Of a DNA stretch of 64,000 bases, positions 40,201 through 52,561 are shown one piece after another. The notes under the pieces are model-generated. The model had not been told where the DNA came from, did no database searches, and worked only from the letters and a program-made list of their open reading frames with translations. This DNA comes from Amphiscolops sp. MND2022 (lineage: Eukaryota). The translations under genes were made by a program, and so were the position numbers. Position 1 is the stretch's first letter. Each line of letters opens with the position of its first letter. The stretch is from contig OZ076409.1 of assembly GCA_964187785.1 (NCBI GenBank), positions 49,912,001-49,976,000 of the forward strand. Direction: 5' to 3'.

Positions 40201-41066
40201 ATAAAAAGACAATCCAAGTTAAATTTTAAAGATATTGTGGATTGGTACAGTGTGTTTAGTGTGTACAAGTTTGATAAAGGAAGAACAGTCTTTGACAAAC
40301 CAATTAATTTAGGTTTTACAGTTTTAGAACTAAGTTAGTTACTAATGTATGAATTTTATCACAATACTTTAGAACCACATTGGCAAAATAAAGTACAACT
40401 TCACTACATGGATACAGATTCTTTTGTTTTAGTTTTGACAGTCAGTTGGAAAATTTTATTGAGTTTTTAAAACAAAATAAAGATGAATTTGATTTCAGTG
40501 AACTAGACAATGTTCATCAACTGTACAAACCAACCAACAAAAAAGTTATAGGAAAAATGAAATTTGAAACAAATCCAGTTTTGTTGTTAGATAACTTCAC
40601 AGCTTTACGATCGAAATCGTATTCTTTTAGTTATAATAATGTGCAAAAGGCAACGCAAAAGTCGAAACAAAAAGGAATACAAAACGCCCCTGAATGTGAA
40701 GATTACACACGGTGTTTGTTTATGTCCGAAACAACAAGTGCAACAAATTATTCAATTAGATCTAATTTACACAAACTAAGTGTGGAGAAACAAAACAAAC
40801 TAGCTTTGAATCCTTTTGATGACAAGCGTGTGTACTTAAATCCAATACAAAGTTTATCAAGGGACAAACACACCCAGAAAGGTGGTTGTCCTTGTATATA
40901 CTGTTTGAAATTAATTGGTTTGTATTATAACGAATTGAGCACAAGTGAAACGGATGGTAGGTGCTTCCGGGATGAAGAAATATACTATAACATTTGGACT
41001 ATGAAAAAAAAATTGAATCATCAAGATCGTTTAAATCTGATAAGTGATGGGGCCCATTTATTGTGA
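37225..41066 (+). pseudogene. Protein-primed family B DNA polymerase with N-terminal zinc fingers and an endonuclease VII/HNH-like insert
   Basis: YADFEC exo I, DHDHLTGKYRGAAH..CN, KLAYPYE, YIDANNL, KLMNKAFFGK, YMDTDS, LRSKSY, DDKR. Many stops and frameshifts. Confidence 0.92.
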
Positions 41067-41189
41067 CACACATCTTTCATGATTGCGCGAAGCTGCGCGA
41101 AGCTAGTTATACTATTGTCGTTTATCATCATTTATTATCATCATTTTTTATCATAATCTGATACATTATTATATCACTATTATAATTCA

Positions 41190-42420
41190 TCATTCCTCTC
41201 TTATCAAATCAAAATGCCTTTGTCCATCATTACTAATACTTATTAGTTTTGTGGTTAGAACTAAGGCATAAGCTATATAATCTGCAACACCAAAAGGAGC
41301 AATAAATTTAAATTCTAATCTGATTTGTTGAGAAGCTATTTGGTTTTTTTGTTTGCTCAGGTCAAATACATAAAAATTATAATTTCTTCTGAATTTGTGC
41401 AAATCAATAAATTGGTTGAGTAGGTTAGTTTCACTTTTTAAGTGATAAAAGTTTTCAATTTCACTGTATGCTTGATCATATTTGTCGCGGTCGTAGTCAC
41501 ATTCTATTCCAACATCGGGATCTTTTTCTGATTCTATTTTACAAACAGCATTACTAATCAAAAGTCTATCAAATGTTGCATTAACGTGTGTTTGTGAATC
41601 AATTTTATTTCTAGCTTGAAATCCAACATTCACAAAAGTTGGTGTTGATTTTCCTGAAGTGCCTAATTCAAATGTCCAATTGTTATTGTTGCTAACATCT
41701 TTTCTAAAGACGGTACGTTCGGTGTAGTACAACTCGGTTGGGTCTTTATTTAATATTTGAATAAGGGCAAGTTGTTGGTTTTCTAAGCTAGGAACATAGT
41801 GTGGAATATACCAACTTATGTCTTTTACAACCACTTTTGCAGCATCCACACCGTTGGTACGAAAGACAACATCATTAATTCTATTCCGTTTTAACGTAAG
41901 AGTGTAGCCCAATCCTTAAGTTATTTTTTCTTGATCAGCAAATCCAAACAGTCGTTTAATTTTATTCCCACAAAAAAGGTTCCTTTATCTGTCTTATTGT
42001 TCGTTAGTTCTTGTCGTCTGATAGTAGTACTTTCTTCAAACCCATACAATAACTGGCTGGTTTGATAAGTGCTAGTTAAAAGTTTATACATTAAAAAAAT
42101 TGGGTGCAAATTATCATTTTTTCCAGTTGTTTCCCACTAGATAATGTCAGCTTAGCTTCCCTAAACAAAGCTACGGGCCCAAAGTTAACCAAGCTTATTT
42201 CATCACCGTTGGCATATCTTGTATCATAGTTTTTATGTACTTCGAATTCTACACTTATGAAAGAGTGTTGCAAACATATGTATGCATCTTCTCTTGGTAA
42301 ACTGACACTTATATTCGAGTTGGCGTTATTAACTGTCGCCAAACTACTTGGACTATATTTAATAAAATCAATTTTATGAATAGGTTTTTCGAGTGTGAAT
42401 TCACTTTTTAAAGAAAACAT
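41190..42420 (-). pseudogene. Major capsid protein (double jelly-roll), frameshifted
   Basis: ~400 aa beta-rich ORF (..VNFGPVALF.., YVFDLSKQ..IRLEFKF) typical of Polinton MCP; position in element. Confidence 0.7.
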
Positions 42421-42565
42421 TGATTATGAAATTATAGAAATCATTTATAATAAAAAATAATTTCTTTTTTTTCGAATTACGTTTTTTCGAAGGACTTGGG
42501 GATATAAATTGCAACACCCAGGCGAACAACAGAGCAATTTTCAATATGGGTAAATTGTTGGAAAA

Positions 42566-43485
42566 TTACTCATTTTGGTGGAAAATATTCATACTTTCTA
42601 ACGTTTTATTGTTAGATTCAAAATTGAAAGCAGATCTCAAAAGTTCTTGTTCAAAGTATTTTCGTTGAATAATTTCTTCGTTTTCATCTTCCAAAGTGTA
42701 TGTTTTTGGGTTAGTTGAATTAATTTTGTGTTTTTTGAAAATTTATCTGTTCCAATTTGTTGTATAACCTTTACTATACACACTGCGTTTTTCAGGAACT
42801 CTTATAAAATCCCCCACTTGGAACTTGGGGGAATTTATTGTTATGATTATTATTATCAATATTGGTTATCAGATTGAGCGAAGCTGCGCGCGAAGCTGCA
42901 CAAAAATTTATTTCAAATGGTGTCATTTTTGTTGTACCATGGACACGATTATTATAAATTTGTAAAGCAGCATCAAGGTGATTCAACCAGTTACCTTTAC
43001 CCTCAATAAACATTGGTTCTTTAATTAAGTCCAAAAGTGTTCTATGGAAACGTTCAACAAAAACAGCCTTCAAATCTGAATTGGTTGAAAAAATTTGAAT
43101 GTTTTGCTCGTTTAAATAGTGTAAAAATGTCTGGTTGTGCGAAGCTGCGCAAAACTCTTCACCTCCATCACTCCACACTTTTTGTGGTTTTCTCTTTTTT
43201 TTTAAATAAGACTTTTCAATGCAGTTGTGGTACTTTTTCCTGATTTATCTTTGAGGGGAATCGCCTATGCGTATTTAGTATGATTGTCAATTATTGTGAA
43301 AATAAACTTGTAGTTTTTGTTGTATTTGCTTGAACTTGAGCGATCAATTAAATCGATACTGCGGAGCTTCGCCCAACACTCATCTTTATGTTGAGTTTGT
43401 AATTGAATTCTTTGAAACTTCCTAATTACAGGAGAAAATATCTCTTTAGTGATTGCTTTAGCGAGTTCTTTCTTATTTTGATTCC
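42566..43485 (-). pseudogene. Retroviral-like (rve) integrase
   Basis: W..SIDL, IIDNHTKYA, WSDGGEEF, VERFHRT, YNNRVH..TKMTP, KGYTTNW. Confidence 0.9.
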
Positions 43486-43827
43486 TTTATTATAGTATTA
43501 TACAATTTTTTAAATAAATGAATGATGATTATGGCATAGAAGGTATTGCTAACGCCACTACCGAACGTACCAGTTGGTTACAGTATTTTAATCCAAGAAG
43601 CTACGCGCGAAGCTACGCAATATTTATTATTGTTTGTATAATTATAGTAGTAATTATGTTCATAATTTATCGGCGTTAGATTCGCCCTAAATAGTATAAA
43701 AATAAATAAAAAACTATTACAATTTGAAGGATTCAAATACTCACATCTTACAAACCAAGGCGAAGCTTCGCAACAACAAGGCGAGCCGCTAACTCAACCA
43801 GTCAGTAATACGCAAACAAACTGTCAT

Positions 43828-44655
43828 ATGTTAATTTATGGAAGTAGTGCGTCAGGGAAGACATCTTTCCTCAAGCATTATTTAACACAGGTTCAACGAA
43901 GTTATGTAATATTTGGACGAGATGAGAAAGAGTTTCCTGCCTATAACTTTGTACCCTTGTTACAGTTAGAAAAAATAGGCATTGAATCACATGCTAATAA
44001 AACGGTTATACTGGATGATGCAGGTGCATACAAAAGTCTTAAAACAAAAGTAGAAGACTTGTTCCGGTTTGGTAGACATCATGGTATAGTAGTAATTTAT
44101 CTCGCTCACTATGCAAAGGATGTTCTCCCAATTTTGAGAGAGAATTGTTTTAAGATCTTTATAACAATTAATAACCCAGATAACTTTTTTGAAACTATAA
44201 TACAAACCTATTCAATCAAGGCTGCCAACAACATTCTTGACAATTGGAAACAATACCGTGATCAGTTAGAACTTGGTATTATTGATTTTGACGCTAGGAG
44301 TCAGAAGTACAAGGTATTAAATCACAAGTACAATTTAATTTATGATTCTAGCAAACAGAATAAGTGGAGTCCAGAGGACTACGTTGCTTTTGAAAGTTAT
44401 TTTTTCACTGGTGATGAGTATAACAAACTCAAGGTCTTTTTAGAGGGTATGTCTGACCAGACAATTGAAATAACATCATACAACATGGCTTTTTAGTATG
44501 TATAATATTGTAAACAAAATAAAATAAAAGTGAAAGAATCCAAAATAGACAACTACGTTGAGCGTATGCAACAACCACTAATTAGTGATTCTGTTAAAGA
44601 GGACTTTAAGAAAATTATATATGATCATGCAAAAAGTTTACTAAAACTAAGTTAA
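43828..44655 (+). pseudogene. A32/FtsK-like packaging ATPase 1
   Basis: GSSASGKT, ILDD, GRHH; one internal TAG at 44494. Confidence 0.8.
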
Positions 44656-44659
44656 ACAA

Positions 44660-44960
44660 TGTTTAGTGAAACCTTAGTGATTTCTTGAGTAAATAGTGAT
44701 TATTTAGTGATTATTTGGTGATTCTTAGAGATCTGAGTAATTAGTGACTATTCACTAAGAAACACTATACAATCACTAAGCAATACTAAGATCATTTATT
44801 TTCTCTAAAATTCCTTATACTCTTTAATCTTAGAGAATTAAATGCTCTTAGTGATTGTATAGTGAATACATAGTGATTTAGTGAAGTTTGCTTAGTGATT
44901 ACATAGTGATACCGAGTGATTACATAGTGAATGCTTAGTGATTATTAGTGATTTTTCACT
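44660..44960. repeat. Low-complexity TAGTGA/TCACTA array
   Basis: Many TAGTGA(T) units in both orientations. Confidence 0.75.
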
Positions 44961-45200
44961 AAATAAACGAGTACAATAACAAGATGTTTAATCTGTAATG
45001 GAAGTAGTGAGAGATGTGTGTGATGATTGCTCTAGTAAAAAAGATGTAAAGTTTGTAATGAGATGAAGATGGACTTCTATTCATACAAAAATGCTAAACT
45101 GTACAGTACTTGTAAAGAATGTTTCAATGAAAAGGTGAGGTGTGAATTTTGTATTAATGAAATAAATAAGACTTAAAGATCATACATTAAGAAACAACAC

Positions 45201-46035
45201 TTGTATCCGCATAGCTTCTCACAGGTTCCCGCACAGGTTCCCACACATGAGTATTCGCACGGCTATTTGCAAGCCTATTCGCGTAGCTTCGCACATACTG
45301 GGAGTGAAGCTGTGCGTGGCTTACATCCCCAAGGGTTTTCGCTTTGGCATTCGCGTATCTTCTCGCAGGTTCCCACACATAATAATAATATTAATGATAA
45401 TGATAATAAGTGTAATAGAACATTAATAGTTGGTCCATCATTTTGTGGTAAGACTCATTTGTTGTTGAATAAAATACGATTGATTCGTTTGGAAGATCCA
45501 GAGAAACAAATTCGTATCATTACGAGGAATCCGGAACAATATGAGGACGCAGAGCTACGCACTGATATTTATGGAGCTTCGCAAGGCGCCTTGTAAGGAA
45601 TAGAAGTGGAAGAAAATGTGGGGGGTTTTGGAAGAGTATAGGGGGTGTTGTGTAGTATTTGATGATATGTTAGACTCCAACCAAAAATTGATTGATCCAT
45701 TTTTTACTAGAGGAAGACATAAGTTGTGTGATGTTCAATATTTATGTCAGAGTTATTTGGATGCACCAAAAAAGGCAGTTAGAAACAATTCAAATATAAT
45801 ATATTTATTTCAACAAACACTGAAAGATGTAGAACACATTCATAGGGACATATCAGGTTTTGATATGTCTTATGAGGAATTCAAAAGTTTGTGCACAGAG
45901 GCATGGAACGAAAAAATCAATTATTTATTATTAAATAGATTGGAAGATAAAAATGGGAGTAGGTACAGGATTTGTAATGAATCTAATCCAAATTACAAGA
46001 TCTTTAATCCACAAACTGATCCTTTAAATAATTGA
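45201..46035 (+). pseudogene. A32/FtsK-like packaging ATPase 2
   Basis: GPSFCGKT, VVFDD, FTRGRH, QSY, VRNN; frameshifted. Confidence 0.85.
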
Positions 46036-46049
46036 GAAGATCATGTTTT

Positions 46050-47046
46050 GGTGTTGATTTGTTGTAATGCATTCATACTCCAATAGTTTATCTACAGTTG
46101 CTATGATTTGTTCATTGAGTTGGAGTTGTCAATTCCTCCTAATTTTTAAAAAATAACGAAGTTTTAATTGATCCACTAGTTCGTCTGGATCAGATGGGAG
46201 GAAGACATACTGATTTGTATGGCTTCGCGCAGCTTCGCCATTTAATCCACTTCCCGCGTAGCCCTGCACTTGATTGGGAAGTTGAGTGGAAAGCTCTGCG
46301 GAAAGCTCTGTGGATTGTTGATAGTATTGCTTAATCAAGTTTTTATTAAAATAATATCTCATTGATTTTTTATCCCCATAACTTATGTTATAATTCATAT
46401 CATTCAAGAAAATAAAAATTGTGTCCAGGTTATTTATTTGTTTGTCAAATTTTGTATTAGTTATAAAATATTGAAGATCTGAGTCATTTAAATTGTATAT
46501 GTTACCACTACCCAAGAAGGTTAGTGTAGTATTTTTAATTATTACTTGTTGTGGATTGGAGGGGTTAATCGTGAATTAATTTGGATTACCCATAATTGGT
46601 TCTAAACAAAATAAACTGACTTTTGTTTTTGTCATTAAGAAGGTTGGAAACTGTCTTTACAATACTAGAATCAACTTGGTTGGAATTAACAAGATTCGTA
46701 AGTAACTGAATATTACAGTTAGTAATTTCATCATATTCTTGTATTCCTTCTTTTATTGATTTTTGCATTGTGTTACTCGATTCTCGTATTGCTCTAGTTT
46801 GGTCTTGTATTGCTTGTGTTGTAGTTTGAGTCGAAGCTCGTGGTGCTTGTATATGCTTTTCGGAAAATTCTTGTTGTTTAGAAATGTTTTGTTTCTGGTT
46901 TTCTGTTACGGGTTCAAAAACTTCCGTATCGGAATGAAAATCTTGCTTCCCTAGTTTCTCTTCAATCTTTGTTTGTGTAGTAAAGATTTTGCTTCTTGTA
47001 ATTTTTTTAATTTTTCCAAGTCATCCCGATTATGAATTGAATACAT
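46050..47046 (-). pseudogene. Polinton conserved unknown (putative virion core) protein
   Basis: GSGL and FLPSDPDELVDQLKL C-terminal motif; frameshifted. Confidence 0.45.
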
Positions 47047-47072
47047 TTATTAGGTAAAATTAATGAATATAT

Positions 47073-47446
47073 TTAATGAATTTTCCCCAAATAAAACCCC
47101 TTCCCTTGATGAACAAATTTTATAATATCATGAGCAGTTGCAGCAATAAGTTTTGGATTTTTACTTGCTGCTGCAGTTCCAATATTTGCTGCTATTGTCA
47201 ATGCGCGGCCTGATTTATTGAGTATTTTCTTTCCAACATTCTTAGCGGCTTTTCCTACCGAACGAAAGAAGTCACCCAATCCTTCTGCTTGTATAGTTTG
47301 GTCAGAAACAATGAGACTCTTACTTCTTTTACAAGTTGAACAAGTACATCTTAATAGTTTCACTGGCATACCAGTTTTTTTATTGACTGTAATATCTCCA
47401 CGAATCTTTGTTTTCCACGGAATAATGTTTTCCACCAACACAATAT
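47073..47446 (-). CDS. Small virion core protein (zinc ribbon plus basic amphipathic helix)
   Basis: CSTCKRSKS, then AEGLGDFFRSVGKAAKNVGKK. Confidence 0.55.
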
Positions 47447-47496
47447 GAATAATTTTTAAATTTATTGAAGGCGCTTTGTTTATTAATGTTCATTTA

Positions 47497-48723
47497 TTAG
47501 TTTTGAATCTTGATAATTTGAATTGTAAATGTTATTGTCTCCCCGTTGAAACCAACTCTGTCGTGGTTGAAGTCTTCAAGGAAAAATTGAATGGTGTCCA
47601 GTCGTGCTTTGTTTATCAGCTTGTACAAAACAGTGGTTGGTTCTTTTATAATTTTTAATCCGGGAGGAGCACTAAGAATAAAAGAAAATAAAATTTGTTC
47701 TCGTATACCATTAACTATTGAACCATCTACACAATCACACTTCAGATGAACTTTGTCTTTTGTTGTTATCTTAACTGGTTTTCCTGAAGTGTGAGTTCCT
47801 GCTTGGTAATCTTTGTTTGTAAATCCAAAAAGAATGTTAGGTCTAGAGTTAAAATGAATAGGGTTTCAGGTTGTTAAAACTGATTTCATTGATATTGTAT
47901 CTGCTTGGATGTCAATTTTAAAATCATAATCATTTTCAACAATTTTTTTTCAATAGCATTATTTATATCAACTAGTTCATAAACTCCTGGTGTTAGTTGT
48001 ATTCCAAAGAAATCGTTTTCAATAATTCCAAAGGGGCGTAAATTTCTTTGATTTATTTGGTTTACTTCGTCCTCTTGATTTTCTTGGGTTGTTTCGTCCA
48101 GAATCATTTCCTCCCACTTTACTTCCTCCCAATTTATTTTTGCATGTTTTAGGTGGTCTTTATATGCTTGAAGTATTCTTTCTTGATTTTCTTTTTTCTT
48201 GGTTTTTATTTTCTGGCTTTATTTTTTCTTGATAGAGGCGTTCTTTATATATTTGATTAAGTGATTCAATTATCTTTGTTAAATAGGTAAAATCTACTCT
48301 AGTAAGTTTCTTCTTTTTGGAATAACTAGTAGTTATAAGTTTATTAACCTTTTCTATAAATTCACTATACTTGAAAGGTTTAACAAAATAGGATTTGAAT
48401 AAATCTTCAACAAACACTAATATTTCACTGTCAAGGTTAAGTTCTTTGAGTTGTTCATATTTGAGAAGAATTTGTAGTTTGTTATTCTTTTCAGTAATAT
48501 TATATACGGTGTTGTGTACTTCTTAGCTTGTTATTCCCATCATCCATTTTTTATTTAGTTGGAGATGAACATCAAATGAGAAAGAAGATTCTTTTTGTTT
48601 AGCCATTTTATATTCTAGAGTTTCTTGTGGTTTAGTATTTTCAACAATTTTTTGATTAGATTTTGCAATACTTAAAAGAAGAGATTCTTTTTTATCATAT
48701 GTTACGAAGGTTGATAGATCCAT
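47497..48723 (-). pseudogene. Minor capsid (penton-like) protein
   Basis: LTPGVYEL, HLKCDCVDGSIVNG..ILFSF..PPG..EP..LY and FNGETITFTIQI. Confidence 0.75.
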
Positions 48724-48947
48724 TTATTATAGATTAAATTGTTTGAATCCACTAGCAGCTATGTTATTTATAAATTCTTGCCTATCTTTTGATAATATTT
48801 TTTTTATGCGGAGCGCGCCATCTTTTGCCTTCGGGATTCTTATTCGCGAAGCTCTGCTCTGTGCGAAGCTTTGCGGATTCGTTGGATTCGGATTATTTTT
48901 ACGTGGTTGTATAATTTTATATTGAGCTGAACAAGTATTAATTTTCT

Positions 48948-49371
48948 TCATTTATTAAGTTTGAAAGTTTGATAGTAAAAATTCAAAACTGCCTTTTTGA
49001 AGCCTATATTTTGTGTAAGACATAAAACATATAAACAATACGCCGCGCAATAGTTATCATTTTTCTGAATTTGATATTCTGAATAATTACCTTTTTTAAT
49101 CTGATTAAGTTTATTAGTTGGATGTGGACATCCATATGAATCAAAATAAAACTCGTTAACAAACATAACCCAATGTGTTCCTTTAGTTGGATGTTAGTTA
49201 ACTATACCACTGGTAGTGGTAAATTTATCAACTCTCATGTATATCCCGGTTGAGTTTAATTTGAGTATGTCTAGGATTTCTTTTATTTTTACATCAGAAG
49301 TTGCTTCATTTTTTAGTCTGTATTTTTCAACAAATTCTTTGAATGAGAGATATTGACATGACAAATAATTC
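48948..49371 (-). pseudogene. Adenain-like cysteine maturation protease
   Basis: GTHWV, YFDSYG and QIQ....CAAYCL (His-Asp-Gln-Cys). Confidence 0.85.
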
Positions 49372-49437
49372 ATTTATAAGTTAGTTTTCATTGTTATGTG
49401 TGAATACTCTATAGTTTTTGTTCCTGACGTATTTCTC

Positions 49438-50108
49438 AAAAATCGGTTCTCGTTAAGATATTAGGCAACTTGCAACTTATCTTAACGCAAAAGCTTAAAA
49501 CAAAAGCTTAACGCAAAAGCTTAACGCAAAGCTTAACGCGAAAGTTTAACGCGGCTTCCGTCGACCGACACCATGTGCTACAGACGTCCACCGCTCGCAA
49601 ATTAAGTACACAGGATTTCACCTCCCACTGGTTAATTCACTATAGAGCTCCAGTTTATGTAACACACAATCTTTTCCCCTCCCGAAAGTGTGTCCTGGTA
49701 AAGCTCACGTTGCTATTGCCAATACTGCTCGAAAGCGGAGGAAAGGATGACAAATCCTTTTAAGCAATGAGTAACTTGTCAGTAATAATAATATACTAAC
49801 TTCCTTATATACCCCCCTCCACTAATGGTGAAATTAAAATATGCTTTGTCGCGGACTCGAACACGTGTGAAGCTGCGCGAACGTAAAATTCCAGTAACTT
49901 AACCACTGAGCCATTGGAACCAAATTTATGTCCACGCCAGTTGTTGCAAGCCATGTCCAAGCCATATTGCATTGCTTTTACATTGCATTGTTAAAAACGC
50001 CAATTTGTTGATTTGTTTTTGGAAAAATGCCTCTAAAGGGGGGGGGGGGGGGAATTGGCTTTCGAAATTTTTTGTTGCTTGGCCCGAATCGGGATTTCGC
50101 TTACTACT
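49438..50108 (-). repeat. Right TIR
   Basis: Inverted copy of the left TIR. Confidence 0.92.
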
Positions 50109-50757
50109 ATCAAGTTCAACTTTCAATGAATTTGTAATCGATAACTCGATTCTGGAGGCATCCATCACAAATCATGAGTACATGTATTCAAAAGTTCCTA
50201 ACAAACCCCCACTAAACTTGGTGCCAATTACATCGATATTTTGATTGAGGTCTGGAGCCGGAAAATTATACATAGTTTTCATTTTCCGTGCTTCTTTTTT
50301 GGAAAAGTGTTCGAAAAAGCGTTCCAACTCTTCAACTAAAAGTGCTTGTAATATGTTACTTCTTTAGAAAATATAATGAATTTTATTTGTACCTGAAGCT
50401 GCTTTGTGTAACTAATTGAAAAGATGATCGTTTCTGACTGACAGCTATAATATAGTTCAAATTAGTTGTTTTTGATGAAGTTCTTTAAATATTCGGTGTC
50501 ATATAGTAACGTCTGCTCGAATTCAATAGCGCAAAATTTTGTTGGCAAATTGGATGAAATTGATAATTGGGTCAATTACTGTAATAATTCAAACCTGAAG
50601 GTGGTATTTTCCAGTCTACTCTTGCAGAACACGTAAACTACAACTGTTCTTTTAGCCTTTGGAAAGTCTCATTTGAAGCATTCCACGATAATAATCTTAT
50701 TGAAAAATTTACAAATAGTAACATTATTTACATTTTAGTCGCTCTGTCACATGTATG

Positions 50758-51437
50758 CTAACCCATCTTGGCGTATATTTCTACTTCGCAAAATCCCAGA
50801 GGCCTGTTTGGGTTTTGAATGCGGACTTCAGTAGCAATCTCCTCAACTGGGCACTGCACGTAACTCCAGTCACCAGGGTTGGCTGCTGGCATCACTCCGC
50901 AAAGTGAACAATCGTTGTTTTCAAAGCAGGTAGTTATTGTTGTACCTTCTAGCATCATAGCTGTGAAAGCTGGAATCAAGGACATTGGTCTCAGTGGTGT
51001 AAATCTGTGTCGATTTTCTTAAAGCTCAATAATGTTTTGCAATGTCTTTCTGGTCTACAAAATGATTAACTTTCAACAACCAGATTGCGGAAGAGCACAA
51101 AAATCCACCAGAAAGCGAAATGAATGATGAACAAGTCCTTCAATTTACAAGTCCTCGTTAAAGTTTGGAATTACCAACGTGTTTCAGCTCGGTTGAGGAT
51201 GCCCACAATATTGACCAAGGCAGTTTGAAAAGTAACTCTAGCCATTCCTTTGGATTCCAAGTTGGAAACATAACATTGACCGGCCTCAGTTGAGTAATTG
51301 CCATCAATGGATTTTGCTATCACGTCTTTGTCCAAGGGACTCAATGGGTTATCAGCCAAGATACCCAAATCAACATTTTTTTCCTCCTCTCCGGGAACAA
51401 CAGGAACTGAAATTTTCATATTTTTTGCTGCTGTCAT
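50758..51437 (-). CDS. F-type lectin (fucolectin/FTP)-like domain gene, spliced; phases not resolved
   Basis: SIDGN...C....V.ILNR in the upstream exon; CG...VQC...LGFCEVEIY in the downstream exon. Confidence 0.6.
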
Positions 51438-52191
51438 TCATTGATCCTGAAATTCAGCCAAACTGACTTTTCACAGTGAGAAGTGTTTTTGAAAGATGTG
51501 AAAAGTCCACTTAGCTGGAAATAAAATAAACGGAATGGTAGAGCAGTAACTTAAAACATGCATGAATTTAAAACATTCATCAAAATTAGTAGCATTTATC
51601 GGATTTATATACTGAATTTACTTGGTGTCAAATGAGCACTTTTCGCAAGCCTTAAGCAATTGCGCTAAACACCTCAATACTTATATTTTGCGACAAAAGC
51701 TTGCGACAAATGCTCATTTGACACCAAACTAATTTTGATAAAGCGTCCCCTCCGCTTCGTCTACAAAACTCACCGTTTTGCGGTTTTTGACAGTGCGACT
51801 TGATTTTGAAAAAAGAATTTCTCAGGAAATTTTTCACCATTTTGGATTTTTGGCCTCTCAAGTTGAGGAAAGAATTCTTAAAATTGAGGTTCCTAGTTTT
51901 GGGTTCTTGTTTGTCATTTCGGACTTTTTTGCCGTTGGTTTTTTACCAAACACTCTCCCGGGCGGGAATTTGTATCCTACTAGTGTCAAATTAGAGTATC
52001 TGTTCACAATGAACTAAAATAGTAACATATTTTGAGGTAAGAACTAATTCGTTGAAATACGCACTGTCACGTCTTGTTGACGTTTAATTTGACTTTTTTC
52101 AAGTCAGAAAATACGAGTTGTGTTAAGTTATACCAGAAAGAGTGCGAGACTTGACTCTGCCCTCGGCCGAACTTTTATATATTCAATTCAA

Positions 52192-52561
52192 GAAGGTATT
52201 TGTGTTTTTGAACATTCATTGTTATCTCTGTCATAACAATAAACGGAAAGCTGTCATAATAAAATATGGAACGCTTTTTTTCCAATTTGCAAAAAAAATC
52301 GACACTGATCAAAATCAAGACGCACCATCTTGCAACTTGGCAAAACGTGAAATCATATGTATGAAACGTCAAAAGCCCGAATGACGCGGGTTTTTTGTCG
52401 CTATCGGCATAAAATCTGAAAACGATAATATTATTATTTAAATTGACAAGATATATCAAGATATTGACAAGAAAAAAAGCGTTCCGTATTTTGTTATGAC
52501 AGCTTTCCGTTTATTGTCATGACAGAGATAACAATGAATGTTCAAAAACACACATACCTTC
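52192..52561. mobile_element. MITE with ~90 bp TIRs
   Basis: 52192-52281 is the inverted copy of ~52472-52561. Confidence 0.8.

Larger units (their letters stand above)
34808..50108. mobile_element. Polinton/Maverick (adintovirus-like), full length, decayed
   Basis: AGTAGT...ACTACT termini, ATCAAG TSD (34802-34807 and 50109-50114), long TIRs, pPolB, integrase, capsids, ATPases and protease. Confidence 0.96.
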
